Positions 28,792 to 38,956 of a stretch of 64,000 nt of DNA are shown here, piece by piece. The notes beneath the pieces were generated by a model. It saw nothing but the letters and a program-made list of their open reading frames with translations, was not told the DNA's origin and did not search any database. Each line of letters opens with the position of its first letter. Position 1 is the stretch's first letter. Position numbers and translations under genes: made by a program. The stretch comes from Spirochaetaceae bacterium (lineage in GTDB: Bacteria; Spirochaetota; Spirochaetia; DSM-2461), in NCBI GenBank assembly GCA_051531975.1, contig JAOPTT010000006.1, positions 288,656 to 352,655 of the forward strand, in the 5' to 3' direction.

Positions 28792-31240
28792 ATACAAATA
28801 AGTTAATACCAGCAGATGTAGCTGCTTCTAAGTAGTTAGCTACACCTCCAATTTCTACAGCATCAATTAGTTCTTCTTCTTTAACTCCCATAACATCCAT
28901 AGACATCTGGCAAGCAATAAGTTTTGTATTATGTTCAACAACTGTGTTTAACATAGTTTGAAGAGAATCTACTTTAATATCACGCATTATACCTTTCATC
29001 ATTAATGAACCTAACCCACCCATATTCATTTTTGATAAACCAAGTTTATTTAAATTTTTAGGTAGGATAAATCCAAATATTTTTCCAAGAAAATTCTTTT
29101 TTACTTTCTGTTTTTTTGTTTCTTTTATTATACTAAGACCCCAGAATGTAAAAAAGATAGTAACTTTTTTCCCTGAAGCAATTGCTCCTGTCGCTATTAC
29201 TAACGATGCTAAAGCTTTATCCATATCATCACTAAAACAGATAATTGTTACTTCATTTCCAGAGTTGTTAACTGTAAATCCATGTTGATGATTTTCAACT
29301 TTAGAAGACTTTTCAATTAAAGCTACAACTTGACCTTTGGATTGTTCTACACCTAAAATTTTATTCCCAGTCATATTGCACCAAGAAGTAACATCTTTAT
29401 AAAAACCTGGATCAGAAGCAGTTACTCTTAATTTTTCACCACTAGATATTAATTCAATCTCTTTTTTTAACTTTAAAATAGGTCCTGGACATTGTAATCC
29501 ACATGCATCTACATCAATAAATCCACCAATTAGATCATTTACTGATTCACCTACATCCCTGTGAGGTAATGTATTAGAAAACTCAATTTGATTTGTCTGG
29601 TCTTTAATTGCAGAAAAATAAATGTTTAGACCACCAGATAATATACTTACATTATTAAAACCTTCCTGTTTTAATATTCTTTCTGATAAATAAGCTCTTA
29701 AACCACCAGAACACAAAATGACAATACTTTTATTTTTTGGTATTTGATCTAAATTTTCTCTGATTAGACTTTTATCTAAGTTAATTGTTCCGGAAATAGG
29801 GTGTAATTCTCTTTCATCTACTGTTCTAATATCTAATATTGTATATTCATTAATTTTAAAATCTACAATATTTTTTAGTTCTTTCCATGTAGTATGATCA
29901 GATCTTCCTAAAAGAACATTCTCTGCTGTAAATCCTAAAATATTCACAGGATCTTTACTTGATGAATAGGGTGGTGCATAAGCGTGTTCAACTTCAGTTA
30001 AATCATTAACTGTTCCACCCATTCTTATTACTGCAGCAATCATTTCTATTCTTTTATCAACTCCATCATAACCTACACCTTGTGCTCCTAGAAGTTTTCC
30101 AGTGTTATCAAATACAAGTTTTAAGAATAACTGCATTGCACCAGGATAATAACCTGCATGGGATGAACCATTGATAATAACAGACTTAGCCCCATTTTCG
30201 ATCATTTTTTCAGGTAAGCCAGTAGTTGCAACAGTTAAATCAAATATCTTTGCTATAGAAGTTCCAATAGCCCCTTTATATTTTTTTGAAGTATTATATA
30301 CAAGATTATCAGCTAAAATTCTAGCTTGTTTACCTGCTGGTCCTGCAAGTGGAACTATACTTTTTATACCTGTTATTCCATGTTTTATTTCCGCTGCATC
30401 CCCAAGAGCATAAATATCTTTTGCTGATGTTTCCATTAAATCATTAACAACGATACCTCTATTTACTTCGATACCTGCATTTTCAGCAAGAATAGTAAGT
30501 GGTTTAACTCCGATTGATAATACAACAATATCTGTATAGAGCTTTTTTCCACTTTGTAACTCTATCTCAATTCTGTTTCCTAAATCTTTAAGTTTTTTTA
30601 CACCATCGGATAAATATAAAGCAACCTCTTTAAATTTTAAATGCTCATGTACTTGTGCTGCCATTTCAAAATCTAATGGAACCATAACTTGGTCTGCCAT
30701 CTCTACAATTGAAACATTTAAACCTCTTTCATATAAATTTTCAGCTGCTTCCATACCAATAAATCCTGCACCAACAACAACAGCACTTGTAGGTTTGTTA
30801 TCATCAATTTCAGCCTTTAATTTATCTGCATCAGGTACATTTCGTAGTGTAAATACTTTATCACTATCTATTCCCTCAATTGGGGGAACTATAGGTGTTG
30901 CTCCAGGGGATAATATTAATTTATCATAACTTTCTGATAAAATATCACTGTTATGTAAATTGTGAACTTTAACAGATCTGTTTTCTTTATCAATTGAAAG
31001 AACCTCATGTAAGTTTTTTACGTCAATATTTAAATTCTTTTTAAAAGATGCTGGGTTTTCTAAAAATAGTTTTTCTCTATCTTTTATAGTTTCTCCAACA
31101 TAATAAGGTAGACCACAATTTGCATATGAAATGTATTCCCCTTTTTCAAATATAATTATCTGAGCGTGCTCATCATTTCTTCTTAATCTTGCTGCAACTG
31201 CTGCACCACCTGCAACACCACCAACTATTACGTATTTCAT
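28790..31240 (-). CDS. CoA-disulfide reductase-like flavoprotein fused to rhodanese, TusA/SirA and DsrE domains
   Basis: GGVAGG, SYANCG, GAGFIG, YAPPYS; rhodanese LCSGGLRA; TusA CPGP; DsrE FFTFWG and ACQMSMDVMG. Confidence 0.9.
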   Translation of the reverse strand: MKYVIVGGVAGGAAVAARLRRNDEHAQIIIFEKGEYISYANCGLPYYVGETIKDREKLFLENPASFKKNLNIDVKNLHEVLSIDKENRSVKVHNLHNSDILSESYDKLILSPGATPIVPPIEGIDSDKVFTLRNVPDADKLKAEIDDNKPTSAVVVGAGFIGMEAAENLYERGLNVSIVEMADQVMVPLDFEMAAQVHEHLKFKEVALYLSDGVKKLKDLGNRIEIELQSGKKLYTDIVVLSIGVKPLTILAENAGIEVNRGIVVNDLMETSAKDIYALGDAAEIKHGITGIKSIVPLAGPAGKQARILADNLVYNTSKKYKGAIGTSIAKIFDLTVATTGLPEKMIENGAKSVIINGSSHAGYYPGAMQLFLKLVFDNTGKLLGAQGVGYDGVDKRIEMIAAVIRMGGTVNDLTEVEHAYAPPYSSSKDPVNILGFTAENVLLGRSDHTTWKELKNIVDFKINEYTILDIRTVDERELHPISGTINLDKSLIRENLDQIPKNKSIVILCSGGLRAYLSERILKQEGFNNVSILSGGLNIYFSAIKDQTNQIEFSNTLPHRDVGESVNDLIGGFIDVDACGLQCPGPILKLKKEIELISSGEKLRVTASDPGFYKDVTSWCNMTGNKILGVEQSKGQVVALIEKSSKVENHQHGFTVNNSGNEVTIICFSDDMDKALASLVIATGAIASGKKVTIFFTFWGLSIIKETKKQKVKKNFLGKIFGFILPKNLNKLGLSKMNMGGLGSLMMKGIMRDIKVDSLQTMLNTVVEHNTKLIACQMSMDVMGVKEEELIDAVEIGGVANYLEAATSAGINLFV

Positions 31241-31442
31241 GTTTTCTCCAATTCGGTAAAATATTATATATATGTATTTGGGCTATATAATATAAGATGT
31301 ATATGTTTAAATCAATATATAGTGTCGTAAGATTAATATTATTTTATAAAGTAGATATTTTAAGGTTTAACAAAGTCAATACTCTAGTATTTCTGAGCAA
31401 TTATGGTGTATAAATAGTTATATTTAAATTAGCAGGAAGTCG

Positions 31443-32867
31443 ATGAATAAAATCACAAATGTATTAGCAGAAAGGTACGCTTCTACGTCCATGAAAGATG
31501 TATGGTCAGGAGAAGGTCGAATAGTTATGGAGAGAGAATTATGGATCTCTGTAATGAAAGCGCAGAAAGATTTAGGGCTAGATGTTACAGATGATGTTAT
31601 AAAGAAATATGAATCTGTAAAAAATAGTGTTGATTTAGAGTCCATACAAAATAGAGAAAGAATTACAAGACATGATGTAAAGGCTAGAATTGAAGAATTT
31701 TGTGATCTAGCAGGGCATGAACATATACATAAAGGAATGACTAGTCGAGATTTAACTGAAAATGTTGAACAACTTCAGGTATATAAAGGTTTACAAATCA
31801 TCAGAAGTAAAGCTATTACAGCATTAGTAAAGTTAAGTGAGATGTCACAAAAATATAGCGATCAAGTAATTACTGCAAGAACTCACAATGTAGCAGCGCA
31901 ACCAACAACTTTAGGTAAAAGAATTTCTATGTTTGGTCAAGAATTACTTTTAGGATTAGAGCATTTAGATCGTGTTATTAATAATTATGCAGTTAGAGGC
32001 ATAAAAGGTGCTGTTGGAACACAAATTGATCAAATGACACTATTTGATGGTGATTTCAAAAAAGTACAACAATTAGAAGATAAAATAGTAGAACATTTAG
32101 GAATAAAAGAATCCATAAATGCTGTAGGGCAGGTATATCCTAGAAGTTTAGATTACACTGTTGTTAGTGCTCTTTATACATTAACTAGTGGCCCAAGTAG
32201 TTTTGCAAAAACATTAAGAATAATGGCAGGAAATGAGACTGCGTCAGAAGGTTTTGCAAAAGGACAAGTTGGTTCATCAGCAATGCCTCATAAAATGAAT
32301 AGTAGATCTTGTGAAAGAGTTAATGGTTTCCATGTAATATTAAATGGTTATATGAATATGTTAGCTGGTTTATCTGGTGATCAATGGAATGAGGGAGATG
32401 TTTCTTGTTCTGTAGTTCGAAGAGTAGCATTACCAGACTCATTTTTTGCAGTAGATGGATTATTTGAAACATTCCTTACAATTTTAAATCAATTTGAATC
32501 TTTTCCAGCAGTTATTGAAAAAGAGAATATACACTATTTCCCATTCTTATCAACTACTACAATAATGATGGAAGCTATAAAAAAAGGTGCTGGAAGAGAG
32601 TCTGCTCATGAATCAATAAAAGAACATGCAGTTCAAACTGTTAAAGATATAAGAAATGGTGTTGTAATCAAAAATGATCTATTAGAAAGATTAGCTTCTG
32701 ATAACAGACTTGGTTTGAACATAACTGAATTAGAAAATATTGTAAAACGTGGAGAAGAACTTGTCGGTGCAGCAAAATCTCAGATTGATATTTTTTCTAA
32801 ACAGGTTGATGTTTGGAGTAAAAAATATCCTGAATCAAAAAAATATAATCCTGGTTCTATACTTTAA
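31443..32867 (+). CDS. purB: adenylosuccinate lyase
   Basis: RYAS, RHDV, HKGMTS, RTH, GSSAMPHKMN. Confidence 0.95.
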   Translation: MNKITNVLAERYASTSMKDVWSGEGRIVMERELWISVMKAQKDLGLDVTDDVIKKYESVKNSVDLESIQNRERITRHDVKARIEEFCDLAGHEHIHKGMTSRDLTENVEQLQVYKGLQIIRSKAITALVKLSEMSQKYSDQVITARTHNVAAQPTTLGKRISMFGQELLLGLEHLDRVINNYAVRGIKGAVGTQIDQMTLFDGDFKKVQQLEDKIVEHLGIKESINAVGQVYPRSLDYTVVSALYTLTSGPSSFAKTLRIMAGNETASEGFAKGQVGSSAMPHKMNSRSCERVNGFHVILNGYMNMLAGLSGDQWNEGDVSCSVVRRVALPDSFFAVDGLFETFLTILNQFESFPAVIEKENIHYFPFLSTTTIMMEAIKKGAGRESAHESIKEHAVQTVKDIRNGVVIKNDLLERLASDNRLGLNITELENIVKRGEELVGAAKSQIDIFSKQVDVWSKKYPESKKYNPGSIL

Positions 32868-32871
32868 CTAG

Positions 32872-32903
32872 AAAAAGCTCCTTAAATAATAAGGAGCTTT
32901 TTT
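32872..32903. terminator. bidirectional intrinsic terminator
   Basis: AAAAAGCTCCTTA-AATAA-TAAGGAGCTTTTT between convergent genes. Confidence 0.9.
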
Positions 32904-32907
32904 ATTT

Positions 32908-34935
32908 CTAGATTAAACCATCTCTTTTTAATAAAGCAGTTACATCAGGTTCTGAACCTCTAAACTTTTTATATAACTCCATTGGCTCTACAGTATTACC
33001 TTTTGAAAGTATATTTTCTGCAAAAGAACTAGCTGTTTTTAAATCAAATATTCCATTTTCTTTGAATAATTCGAATGCATCAGCATCTAATACTTCAGCC
33101 CATTTGTATGAATAATAACCAGCTGAATAACCTCCTGCAAAAATATGAGAAAATCCAGTAGATGTATTTGATTCGTTATTTGGTAGAAGTCTAGTTTTTT
33201 CAAGTATTGTTTCTTCAAATTCTTCAACATCTTTTATTGTTTTGGGGTCAGTAGAGTGCCACGCCATATCTAGAAAACCTAACGATAATTGTCTATTATT
33301 GTTACTTCCAGCATTAAATGTTTGTGTTTCCTTAAGTTTATTGATCAAATCTAATGGGATAATTTCATCTGTTTTATAATGTTTTGCAAAAATTTCTAAT
33401 GTTTCTGATTCAAGTAACCAATTTTCCATAATTTGAGATGGTAACTCAACAAAATCCCACATAACATTAGGACTTGCTAATGAGCAATATTTAACATCAC
33501 TTAATAAACCATGCAAAGCATGCCCAAATTCATGAAAAACGGTTCTAACTTCATCAAAACTTAGTAGAGAAGGTGTATCAGATGTAGACGGTGTTAAATT
33601 TCCACTTATAAGAATATGTGGTCTTTTAATTTCTCCATCCTGTAGTCCCTGTGTTCTAAATGTATTCATCCAAGCTCCACCCTGTTTAGTCTCTCTAGGA
33701 TATAGATCTATATAAAGTAAACCAATAAAATTTAATTTTGAATCTTCAACCCTATATGTTTTAACTTCAGGATGATAAACTTGAACATCATTAATTTCTG
33801 TAAAAATTAAATTATACATTCGTTTTGCAACGACAAAGATTCCATCTAATACATTTTCTGCTTTAAAATACGGTCTAAGTTCCTCTTGATCAAAATTGAA
33901 TCTTTGTTTTTTAAGTTTCTGGGAGTAATAAGCAAAATCCCAACTTTGCAGTTCTTCAATTCCATCTTTTAATGCAATTTTTTGTAATTCTTCTAATTCC
34001 TTTTTTGCAGCAGGTAGAGATTTTTCTAATATATTATTTAGAAAACTCATTACTATATCAGGACTATTAGCCATCCGTTTTTCTAATGTATAATTAGCAT
34101 GATTTTCATATCCTAATAATTTAGCTCTTTGGTCTTTTAATGAAATAATATCTAATATTGTTTCACGATTATCATAGTTGCCTGATAGATTTTTAATACC
34201 ATAAGCTTTAGATAATTTTTTCCTCAATTCTCTGTTATCTGCATATTGGATCACAGGAATGTAGCTAGGCATTTGTAAAGTAAAAACCCACCCATTATCA
34301 AAACCTTTTTCAGTAGCTTTTGATTTTGCAGCTGATATCGCATTTTTTGGTATACCTTCTATTTTTTTTTCATCAGTTAAATGAATCATAAACTCATTTA
34401 CTGCATCTAAAACATTTTTTGAGAACTTAGGACTTAACAAACTTAATTCTTCATCTATTTGTTGTAACTTAATTTTATCGTTATCTGATAAAAGTGCTCC
34501 ATTTCTTGTAAAGCTTTTATATGTAATATTAAGTAACCTTAACTCTTCTATTGATAAATCTAGAACCGATATTTTATTAAATATTGTTTCTACTTTTGTA
34601 AATAACATACCATCAGTAAAAATATCCCCTGAAAATTTTGCTAATTTAGGTGAAATAATCTCAGATAATTTTTTAAACTCAGACTCCGAATGTAGACTGT
34701 AAAGGTTGAAATATATGCTTGTTACTTTATCAAGAGTACTGGATACCATCTCTAATGCTTCAATTGTATTTGTAAATGTAGGTTCATTATTTTGGTTTTT
34801 TATATTGCTTATATTTATATATGCTTCTTTTAAAGCTATTTCAAAGCTTGGTATAAAGTGTTCAATCTTTATATCATTAAATGGAATAGCTTCATATTTA
34901 TTATCGTATGTTGATATTATTGGGTTGTTTTTCAT
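32908..34935 (-). CDS. dcp: M3 family metallopeptidase (peptidyl-dipeptidase Dcp / oligopeptidase A)
   Basis: KQGGAWM, FHEFGHALH, DFVELPSQ, GYSAGYYSYKWAE. Confidence 0.92.
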   Translation of the reverse strand: MKNNPIISTYDNKYEAIPFNDIKIEHFIPSFEIALKEAYINISNIKNQNNEPTFTNTIEALEMVSSTLDKVTSIYFNLYSLHSESEFKKLSEIISPKLAKFSGDIFTDGMLFTKVETIFNKISVLDLSIEELRLLNITYKSFTRNGALLSDNDKIKLQQIDEELSLLSPKFSKNVLDAVNEFMIHLTDEKKIEGIPKNAISAAKSKATEKGFDNGWVFTLQMPSYIPVIQYADNRELRKKLSKAYGIKNLSGNYDNRETILDIISLKDQRAKLLGYENHANYTLEKRMANSPDIVMSFLNNILEKSLPAAKKELEELQKIALKDGIEELQSWDFAYYSQKLKKQRFNFDQEELRPYFKAENVLDGIFVVAKRMYNLIFTEINDVQVYHPEVKTYRVEDSKLNFIGLLYIDLYPRETKQGGAWMNTFRTQGLQDGEIKRPHILISGNLTPSTSDTPSLLSFDEVRTVFHEFGHALHGLLSDVKYCSLASPNVMWDFVELPSQIMENWLLESETLEIFAKHYKTDEIIPLDLINKLKETQTFNAGSNNNRQLSLGFLDMAWHSTDPKTIKDVEEFEETILEKTRLLPNNESNTSTGFSHIFAGGYSAGYYSYKWAEVLDADAFELFKENGIFDLKTASSFAENILSKGNTVEPMELYKKFRGSEPDVTALLKRDGLI

Positions 34936-35038
34936 TAAAATCTCCTTAATATAAATATAGTAAATAATAAAATAATTCTAAATAGCTAAACTTAAAATAA
35001 ATAGTGTCATTTATTTATTTTTATATTAGAATGAAATT

Positions 35039-36400
35039 ATGGAATATAATGAAGAAGTAAAAGAACTGTTAGAATCTTATCATGCTAAAATAGAATCAGA
35101 AGTAATGCCACATTTGTCTGAGGAGTTTACAAAATTATATAGTAACTTCGTAGAACTAATAGGAAAATTAAAAAATAAAGGTCTTCTTAAAGAAGATCCA
35201 TATGCAAAAAACTCAGGTGTCACTGAATTATCACTTCCCGATACAGAACACTTCCCTGACAATGAATCTAGTTGGAAAGTTCCAGAAAGAGTTTCTCAAT
35301 ACGATGCTATATTATCATATATTACACATAACTATGTGTTTAGTATGAATACGTTTAACTTTGTAGAACTTGATAAAATGAAGAAATTTCTTGATTATTA
35401 TGATTGGAAAGATTTAATGAATCCAACAGTTCCTGATTTAAATACACAATCATTAGGAAAAATTGCTATTTCTTTTAGAAGTTCTACTCAAGATAGCCTT
35501 GTAATTAAAACATTTGATCAATGCGCAGATCAAATATCAAAAAGCATTGAATCAATAATGAGTAAATTAAAATTTATACTTCTATATTTAAAAGAGAGTT
35601 ATAAATTATTTATCAGGGTTGATATATTACCAATAGTAATACAAAAACATCCTGATGCTTTAGAATCAAAAATATTAGTATTAGTTTGTACTGAGATTAA
35701 AGAGAATTATTCATACCTAAAACTTATAAAGAAATATATAACTGAAGTAGCCAAAGAGGAGTTCTCTCCAGAAGGTAATGCTCTAAAAGAAAGTGTTATT
35801 AAAAAACTTTCTATAACAAAAAAAACTGAAGTTAAAGAGAAGAAAGAAGTAAAAGTTGATTTAACAAAAGATTTGGTTACCTTGCTTATGGAAATTGGTA
35901 AAATTAGAATACATCTAGCAGCAAGTATAGATAAAATGTTTCAAAATCATAATAATCTTTTACAGAGAGAAGGCTCCTTTATAGGAAAATTATTCAAAAA
36001 GTTATCTAGTATTTTATTTAATGTGATACCTAAAACATTCTATCAATTAAAGATAACAAACAAAAAAGGAACAAGTAAAAACTTAAGTCTACATTTTGAG
36101 CAATTTTATCAAGATATTAAAAAACTAGAATATGAATTAATTGAATTTGCCGAAGAAGATAAAACATTAATGTTTATAAATAAACATCAAAATATAACCC
36201 AAAGGATTGATAAAATTATTATTACAATTAAAAAGGATGTCAATATTTTAGTTTCTTTAGATTCTTATCTTAAAGTTGAGTTGAAAAACAAAAATGCTAA
36301 AGCTAAAGGTATTAAACCTGAATTAACTGTAATTAAAAGTTTAATTAATAATATTGCATCATTGTATAGGGATTATTTAGATAATGTAGATGGGGCTTAA
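35039..36400 (+). CDS. hypothetical protein (helical, 453 aa)
   Basis: Long ORF with typical codon usage; no recognised motif. Confidence 0.7.
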   Translation: MEYNEEVKELLESYHAKIESEVMPHLSEEFTKLYSNFVELIGKLKNKGLLKEDPYAKNSGVTELSLPDTEHFPDNESSWKVPERVSQYDAILSYITHNYVFSMNTFNFVELDKMKKFLDYYDWKDLMNPTVPDLNTQSLGKIAISFRSSTQDSLVIKTFDQCADQISKSIESIMSKLKFILLYLKESYKLFIRVDILPIVIQKHPDALESKILVLVCTEIKENYSYLKLIKKYITEVAKEEFSPEGNALKESVIKKLSITKKTEVKEKKEVKVDLTKDLVTLLMEIGKIRIHLAASIDKMFQNHNNLLQREGSFIGKLFKKLSSILFNVIPKTFYQLKITNKKGTSKNLSLHFEQFYQDIKKLEYELIEFAEEDKTLMFINKHQNITQRIDKIIITIKKDVNILVSLDSYLKVELKNKNAKAKGIKPELTVIKSLINNIASLYRDYLDNVDGA

Positions 36401-36413
36401 TGCACCATCTACA
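36385..36413. terminator. hairpin between convergent genes, overlapping the stop of the 453-aa ORF
   Basis: TGTAGATGG-G-GC-TTAAT-GC-A-CCATCTACA. Confidence 0.6.
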
Positions 36414-36418
36414 AATAT

Positions 36419-36697
36419 TTAACTAGCTACATCTAGATATTTAACTGATGAACCATCACGTAATAGGCAGATTAGTTCAATCCTACTGTTAATATTTATT
36501 TTTCTAAATATATTATAAATATGTTTTTTTACAGTAGTTTCAGAAATATAAAGTATTTCTCCAATGATTCTATTTTTTAAACCTTTATTGATTAAAAATC
36601 CGATCTCTTTCTCTCTAACTGTTAAACTGTATTTATTTAAGTTAGAGTCTTTTTCTTCTAGGAATGTATTACATTCTAAGTTTAATAAGTCATTCAT
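36419..36697 (-). CDS. stand-alone LuxR/GerE-type HTH regulator
   Basis: LTVREKEI...GLKNRIIGEILYISETTVKKHIYNIFRK; ATG at 36697 has SD GAGG. Confidence 0.85.
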   Translation of the reverse strand: MNDLLNLECNTFLEEKDSNLNKYSLTVREKEIGFLINKGLKNRIIGEILYISETTVKKHIYNIFRKININSRIELICLLRDGSSVKYLDVAS

Positions 36698-37251
36698 AAT
36701 TATACCTCTATTTATCATTTGCAAATAGAAGATTATAGGACTTTAAGCATTTCAGCTTCTCAGTAAGTCGTAAATTATATAATCTTTAACTCATAAATAT
36801 AATATTATAAATAAAAGTACTTTGTCAAATAGTTTATTTTTTTACATGATTTTTTGTAAAAATTATTTTTTTTGTTATTTTTTGTATATTTTTATCATAT
36901 AATATAAAAACATTGAAATATTGCTAGTGTGAAATGCGTATAAATATACAGGCTTTACTATAATTTATACACAATATACTAATTTAACATATTGTTTATT
37001 CTTTTGTTCTGAATCATTGTACGAATTTCGTTTTACGCAACATTTGTTGTGTTTTTTGGGATTAGAAAAATATATATAAAAATATTATACGTATATCGAC
37101 AATAATAACCATTGTAAATACGAAATATGTTTATTATGTCCAATAGTCTTCGAATTGAGTTTTATTGATAAATTAGTTGCCATAATACACTTTTGAAGGT
37201 TATAATAATAATATGTGAGTAATTAAAGTTGCTCAAAAAAAAGGAGAAAAT

Positions 37252-38829
37252 GTGAAAAAAATAATATTATTTTTCATGACTGTACTAGTTATGTTCAGCT
37301 TTGTTAGTTGTTCAAAGAAGGTAGTTGAAGTTAAAGAACCAACAGTTTTTAAAATTGCTAATGGAGCAGAGCCATCGTCTTTGGATCCATCTTTTATCCA
37401 AGGAACAGTAGAGAATAGAATCTACCAAGCTTTATTTGAAGGTTTAGTTGCATATGACCCAACAACAGCTAGAGCTATTCCTGGTGTTGCTGAGAGTTGG
37501 ACTATCAGTGATGACAAAACAGTTTATACATTTAAATTAAGAAAAAGTGCTTGGACAAATGGAACTGCAATTACTGCACATACATTTGTTGATTCATGGA
37601 CTAGAACTTTAGATCCAAATACTGCTGCACCTTATGCGTGGTTCCCTGGAATGTTCTTAAAAGGAGCTAATGAATTTAACTCTGGTGATGCTGATGCATC
37701 TTCTTTAGGAATTAAAGCTATTGATGATTATACTTTCGAAGTTACTTTAGTAGGACCACTACCATATGCGTTAGATGCTTTTGCACACTACTCATTTGGT
37801 ATTACTCCTAAAGAAGTAATTGCTGAATTCGGTGATTCTTGGACAAATGTTGAAAACATTGTTACAAATGGTCCTTTTACTCTTAAAGAGTGGGCACCAC
37901 AAGATAAATTAGTTGTTGCTAAAAACCCTAAATACTGGGATGCTGCAAGTGTTAAGTTAGATGAAGTTATTTACTTTGCTGTAGATGATATCGATACTAC
38001 TTACAACATGTTCTTAAATGGTGAAGCTGACTGGGTTACAACTGTACCTACAGATTTAATTCCAGAAGCTAAGTTAAGAGATGATGTTACTTTTAGCCCA
38101 GGTTTAATTACATATTACTATGTATTAAATACTACAATTGAGCCAATATCTGATGTTAGAGTTAGACAGGCATTATCAATGGCTATAGATAGAAAAGCAT
38201 TAGTTGAAAGAGTTACTAAAGCTGGACAAATACCTGCAGCTTCAATGGTTCCAGATATGGACGGTTACCCAGCAGTAGGTGGAAACTTCTTAGATATTGA
38301 AAAAGCACAAGCTTTATTAGCTGAAGCTGGTTACCCTAATGGTGAAGGTTTCCCTGAACTTCCTGTATTATATAATACAAGTGAAGGTCATAAAAAAATC
38401 GCTGAGTTTGTTCAATCTCAATGGGAAGAGAACTTAGGAATTACAGTTACTCTAGAAAACCAAGAGTGGAAAACTTACCTTGCTTCAAAAAATGCTCATG
38501 ACTTTAAAGTTGCTAGAGCAGGTTGGGCAGGTGATTATCAAGATCCTAATACTTTCTTAGACATGTTTGTTACTGGTTCTTCAATGAACGATATGCAATA
38601 TGCTAACCCTGAGTATGATGCTTTAATTACAAAAGCAGCTACAATGGAAGCTGGTAAAGGACGATTTGATGCTTTAAGAGAAGCTGAATTGATGTTAGTT
38701 AAAAGAGATCAAGCACTTATTCCATTATACTTCTACATTGTTGTTAACGGAATCGATACTTCTAAATGGGGTGGATGGGCTCCAAATGTATTAGACTTAC
38801 ACCCAGTAAGACAAATTTACAAAAAATAA
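37252..38829 (+). CDS. oppA: oligopeptide ABC transporter substrate-binding lipoprotein
   Basis: Lipobox FVSC, EPSSLDP, PGVAESW, NGPF, RAGWAGDY. Confidence 0.93.
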   Translation: MKKIILFFMTVLVMFSFVSCSKKVVEVKEPTVFKIANGAEPSSLDPSFIQGTVENRIYQALFEGLVAYDPTTARAIPGVAESWTISDDKTVYTFKLRKSAWTNGTAITAHTFVDSWTRTLDPNTAAPYAWFPGMFLKGANEFNSGDADASSLGIKAIDDYTFEVTLVGPLPYALDAFAHYSFGITPKEVIAEFGDSWTNVENIVTNGPFTLKEWAPQDKLVVAKNPKYWDAASVKLDEVIYFAVDDIDTTYNMFLNGEADWVTTVPTDLIPEAKLRDDVTFSPGLITYYYVLNTTIEPISDVRVRQALSMAIDRKALVERVTKAGQIPAASMVPDMDGYPAVGGNFLDIEKAQALLAEAGYPNGEGFPELPVLYNTSEGHKKIAEFVQSQWEENLGITVTLENQEWKTYLASKNAHDFKVARAGWAGDYQDPNTFLDMFVTGSSMNDMQYANPEYDALITKAATMEAGKGRFDALREAELMLVKRDQALIPLYFYIVVNGIDTSKWGGWAPNVLDLHPVRQIYKK

Positions 38830-38848
38830 ATATTTTTATACTAAAATA

Positions 38849-38888
38849 AATAAGAGTCACCTATGTTTATTCGTAGGTGACTCTTATT
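38849..38888 (+). terminator. long intercistronic hairpin after oppA (attenuating terminator or mRNA stabiliser)
   Basis: AATAAGAGTCACCTATG-loop-CGTAGGTGACTCTTATT, about 17 bp stem. Confidence 0.75.
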
Positions 38889-38956
38889 CAATTAATAATT
38901 GAATATGAAAATTTTCAGCTTAGCTGTTTATATATACAAATTAAAATGAGGTATTT

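Noticed and set aside
19682..31240. Mobile genomic island status for the oxygen-defence cluster
   Set aside because: No integrase, transposase, flanking tRNA, direct repeats or evident compositional shift
36738..36770. Hammerhead ribozyme or TPP riboswitch suggested by CTGAGA
   Set aside because: Lacks the GAAA core after stem II and the remaining TPP consensus elements
37117..37144. dif-like 28-mer AATACGAAATA-TGTTTA-TTATGTCCAAT upstream of oppA
   Set aside because: The XerD-like arm has 2 mismatches to the E. coli arm and the XerC arm is poor. Gene orientation stays mainly plus-strand on both sides, including ribosomal genes, which does not fit a terminus. Whole-genome GC skew would settle it.
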